Positions 42,637 through 45,207 of a stretch of 45,207 bases of DNA are shown here, piece by piece. The stretch is from a virus. Its lineage: Duplodnaviria; Caudoviricetes. The notes under the pieces are model-generated. The model did no database searches. It worked only from the letters and a program-made list of their open reading frames with translations, and was not told where the DNA came from. Both the position numbers and the translations under genes were made by a program. Each line of letters starts with the position of its first letter. The stretch's first letter is position 1. The stretch covers positions 1 to 45,207 of IMG/VR virus record IMGVR_UViG_3300037424_001538; one strand, 5' to 3'.

Positions 42637-43214
42637 GGTTGAATCCCTCCTATTTGTGTTCGTAACCAAACGGCAAGTGCATGACACACCACACTATGTG
42701 CATCCTCGACCTGAGGCATAGCGTAGTTGGCGACAACAAGACTATGTGTAACTAAAGTGGCAAGGGTACCTCCATTAAACCCCGATAGCCCTACAGTTGG
42801 AGCTCCTCGACTGGTAGCCCAATCTACCGCACTAAGTACGTTGGGTGAGTTGCCACTGCCCGATATGGCAAAGAGTAGGTCTCCTGGTCTATAGTGCCCT
42901 GCTAGTTGCTCGGCGAATATCGACTCGTAGGCGACGTCGTTAGACCACGCAGTCAGTAAGGGCACGTTGTCGGTGAGCGCCAATGCCCGCGCGCGCCGGC
43001 GGCCCCAGTTGATCGTTCCCTTGGATAAGTCGTTAGCAAAGTGTGATGCGGTTGCTGCGCTACCCCCATTGCCACAAATGAATATGGTCCCGTCTCGTTG
43101 GAAGGTCTCCCACAAGGATGTAGCTACCGCCTCGAGCTGGCCTCTTCGAATCCCTGCTAGCGTATACGCTACCGCCTTGATGTAGGTATCGATCTGTTCC
43201 ATACCTTCGTTCAC
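42633..43214 (-). CDS. gmhA: Sedoheptulose-7-phosphate isomerase (SIS domain)
   Basis: ICGNGGSAATASHF, LTDN, SND, ISGSGNSPNV, QVEDAH..VCH. Confidence 0.88.
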   Translation of the reverse strand: MNEGMEQIDTYIKAVAYTLAGIRRGQLEAVATSLWETFQRDGTIFICGNGGSAATASHFANDLSKGTINWGRRRARALALTDNVPLLTAWSNDVAYESIFAEQLAGHYRPGDLLFAISGSGNSPNVLSAVDWATSRGAPTVGLSGFNGGTLATLVTHSLVVANYAMPQVEDAHSVVCHALAVWLRTQIGGIQP

Positions 43215-43229
43215 GTTTGTCTCCCCCTA

Positions 43230-43425
43230 ATTTAGATGCACATTTTTGAGTGATGCCTATATTAAGTTATGCCTCAGATTTGTGATGTGCAAAAAGCGAT
43301 TAGTATCACACATTTTTGAGCTCTTGTGTCTCAGATTTTGAGCGATTGTGCATTTTTTCTCTAAGAATCCTGCAGAGGTTCTGCTATTTTTTCTCATGGT
43401 ATACAATAGAATTCTGCTATTTCAC
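43230..43425. repeat. AT-rich intergenic region with short direct repeats
   Basis: CACATTTTTGAG at 43239 and 43309; CTCAGATTT at 43273 and 43330; ATTTTTTCTC at 43352 and 43386; TTCTGCTATTT at 43379 and 43412. Confidence 0.65.
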
Positions 43426-43462
43426 ACGTCGCCACATTGAGTTTTTGCTGTTTTGGATAAAG

Positions 43463-43498
43463 AAACGCCCAACGACTCCCTTCAATCGTTGGGCGTTT
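43463..43498 (-). terminator. Intrinsic terminator-like hairpin (possibly bidirectional)
   Basis: AAACGCCCAACGA/TCGTTGGGCGTTT 13-bp stem just after the stop at 43501. Confidence 0.8.
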
Positions 43499-43500
43499 GT

Positions 43501-43752
43501 TCATTGTTGTGCCGCAAGGAAGTCAACCGTTCCCTGAACAGTCGCACAATCCCAGTGGCTTTGATTGTCATTGGGGTAGGGCCAGAAGACGCGAAAGAAA
43601 CCCCCCTTGCCAAACCAGCAGATAGAGAAGGTTGTACTACCCCTCCTAACTACTAAGTGAGGCACCTCCTTGGCAGAAACATTTATGACGGAGTCAGGGA
43701 CGACTTTCTTAAGGCTGGTTAGAGGGCCTGGGATAAAGACCTTTTTGGCCAT
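43501..43752 (-). CDS. Hypothetical protein
   Basis: AAGGAG RBS; TAATG coupling. Confidence 0.55.
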   Translation of the reverse strand: MAKKVFIPGPLTSLKKVVPDSVINVSAKEVPHLVVRRGSTTFSICWFGKGGFFRVFWPYPNDNQSHWDCATVQGTVDFLAAQQ

Positions 43753-43970
43753 TAGTTGCTCCTTAGTTTGGGCGTCGTAGCGTTGATCGCGTCGACGATC
43801 CTTCTTCTATCCAAGATCAGGGTCTCTATGTTCCTGTTGACTATGGCTTCCTCCTCTCCCTTAAGTCCTGACCTAATCGCCCTTAGCTCGGCAATAAGGG
43901 CGGCAGTTCTAAGCATCTCACGGTGAAGGTTGAATGCAACCAGAATGTGGAGAGGAGTATCCATCATCAC
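43752..43970 (-). CDS. Hypothetical protein
   Basis: Coupled ORF. Confidence 0.5.
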   Translation of the reverse strand: MMMDTPLHILVAFNLHREMLRTAALIAELRAIRSGLKGEEEAIVNRNIETLILDRRRIVDAINATTPKLRSN

Positions 43971-44146
43971 CCCCTCCCCCTGCCCCGTGCGAGGGTAGGC
44001 CAGCGGCGCTCAGCTTTGATATTCGACACGTGGGGACGGCTGATCTGATACGCCCTGGCGATCTCGTGTTGGGGACGATCCTCCTTCTGGGCGAGATAGC
44101 GAATCTCCAGCGCTTCTCGGTACGTGAGCTTAGTTCCTCGTCTCAT
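43967..44146 (-). CDS. Small HTH protein
   Basis: KLTYREALEIR...QHEIARAYQISRPHVSNIK...W; ATG at 44146 with GGAGG. Confidence 0.7.
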   Translation of the reverse strand: MRRGTKLTYREALEIRYLAQKEDRPQHEIARAYQISRPHVSNIKAERRWPTLARGRGRG

Positions 44147-44415
44147 GCACGGTCCTCCATGTCGGGTGACTCCTGTGACAGCGAAACAGCCTTGAGCCAG
44201 GTCCACTCGCAGTCAGCTGCACTGCACTCAAGCGTGCAGCCATCCCCGTACTCATCCTCCTCACCGACCAGCCTGCTACCACACCAGGGACACTCACCAC
44301 TGTCGACACATGGGCAGGGGTCGAAGTAGGTGTACGCCCCAGGACTGAGTGACACTCCTGGAGGAGATGGATCGTCGACGAGATAAATGACTCCTGAGTT
44401 GTTTGTGCCGCACAT
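44143..44415 (-). CDS. Cys-rich (zinc-finger-like) hypothetical protein
   Basis: CPC, CPWCG, CSAADC. Confidence 0.5.
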   Translation of the reverse strand: MCGTNNSGVIYLVDDPSPPGVSLSPGAYTYFDPCPCVDSGECPWCGSRLVGEEDEYGDGCTLECSAADCEWTWLKAVSLSQESPDMEDRA

Positions 44416-44678
44416 CAGTATGCTCCTACTCGCTCACACACCATCGACCAGAAGTTGCCCAGCAAGTGCTGGTAGGCTTCGCTATCGGTGTCGCGCAGCT
44501 TATAGACGGACTTGGTGTTGATGCCGTGGCGAAGCAGCTCGTCGCTGTACTCCTTGGTGTTGATCAGCGTGCTGCGCATGCGACCAAGCTTGCGGGCTGT
44601 GACGCCAGTAGGGTACTTGCCCTGTGCCTCTGCCACGAAATGGTCAAATACGACCTCCAGTGTGTACCTATGGATCAT
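44415..44678 (-). CDS. Hypothetical protein
   Basis: GAGGAGG RBS; ATGA coupling. Confidence 0.55.
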   Translation of the reverse strand: MIHRYTLEVVFDHFVAEAQGKYPTGVTARKLGRMRSTLINTKEYSDELLRHGINTKSVYKLRDTDSEAYQHLLGNFWSMVCERVGAY

Positions 44679-44869
44679 TCGTCCTCCTCTTCAATCTCGG
44701 CGACAAGGGCAAAAGCATTACACTTAGTGCACTGCAGGTACCAGCCTTCGACCCACGTCGCCGACTCACTCATGACTACGACCGAGTCCACAGCACCACA
44801 CCGCCTGCAGGTGATGGTGAACTCGCCCTTCACAAGTTTGGTTGTCTCTTCGTTGATTTGCTGGTTCAT
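44675..44869 (-). CDS. Zinc-ribbon hypothetical protein
   Basis: CRRCG...CTKCN. Confidence 0.55.
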   Translation of the reverse strand: MNQQINEETTKLVKGEFTITCRRCGAVDSVVVMSESATWVEGWYLQCTKCNAFALVAEIEEEDE

Positions 44870-44875
44870 GGCTGG

Positions 44876-45184
44876 TCAGCTCCCTGGCGGGAAATCTTCA
44901 GGACGGAACAAGCAGTTGCAGAAGTCCGTCTTGGGATCCCATGGGTCAATGTTGCGAACAACGACGAAGAACCGGCTGCGGGTAATAGCACCTTTGTTGA
45001 GGATCTCCTGGTTGGCACCGATAGCAACCGCAACCTGGTTATACGTGCAGGTTACCTGCTCATGGGTGTCACCAAAGGTTGTGGTCACCTGCTCATCTCT
45101 CCACAGCTTGGCGTCCTCAATATCGACCTCGCCGTCCGCGTACCACTTGCCGCTCTCCTTGTAGAACGAGACGAATACTTTCAT
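44876..45184 (-). CDS. Hypothetical protein
   Basis: AAAGGAG RBS; FYKESGKWY motif. Confidence 0.6.
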   Translation of the reverse strand: MKVFVSFYKESGKWYADGEVDIEDAKLWRDEQVTTTFGDTHEQVTCTYNQVAVAIGANQEILNKGAITRSRFFVVVRNIDPWDPKTDFCNCLFRPEDFPPGS

Positions 45185-45207
45185 TTGGGCTCCTTTCTGG
45201 CTACTAA

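Overview
A 45-kb segment of a tailed dsDNA phage (siphovirus-like). There is no integrase, capsid or terminase in view. The + strand (1-11369) is the tail module: a BNR-repeat protein in the tail-tube slot, a tail chaperone pair with a probable +1 frameshift, tape measure, evolved Dit, hub and fibre. From about 11.3 kb onward, all supported genes are on the - strand, with six near-consensus sigma70 promoters. The - strand carries: (i) a membrane/FtsK-like/peptidoglycan-hydrolase operon resembling a TraB/Spd-type DNA-transfer module; (ii) UDG-fused DNA polymerase A and a 7-deazaguanine DNA-modification cluster (queC, stand-alone Gat, queD fusion, queE, folE, TGT/DpdA-like); (iii) primase-helicase, SSB, Sak4-like ATPase, PD-(D/E)xK nuclease, SNF2 helicase and RuvC-like resolvase; (iv) two tRNAs; (v) two methyltransferases, gmhA plus a sugar-phosphate nucleotidyltransferase, an HNH gene and small early genes. 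The most striking unexplained feature is at 37845-38590. Directly downstream of a tRNA lie five head-to-tail, non-cloverleaf structured RNAs (112-259 nt), each closed by an acceptor-like terminal helix and ending in ACCA, with no spacer between successive units. All family assignments come from motif recognition by eye, not database searches. The host is unknown; a GC-rich, possibly filamentous bacterium is inference only.
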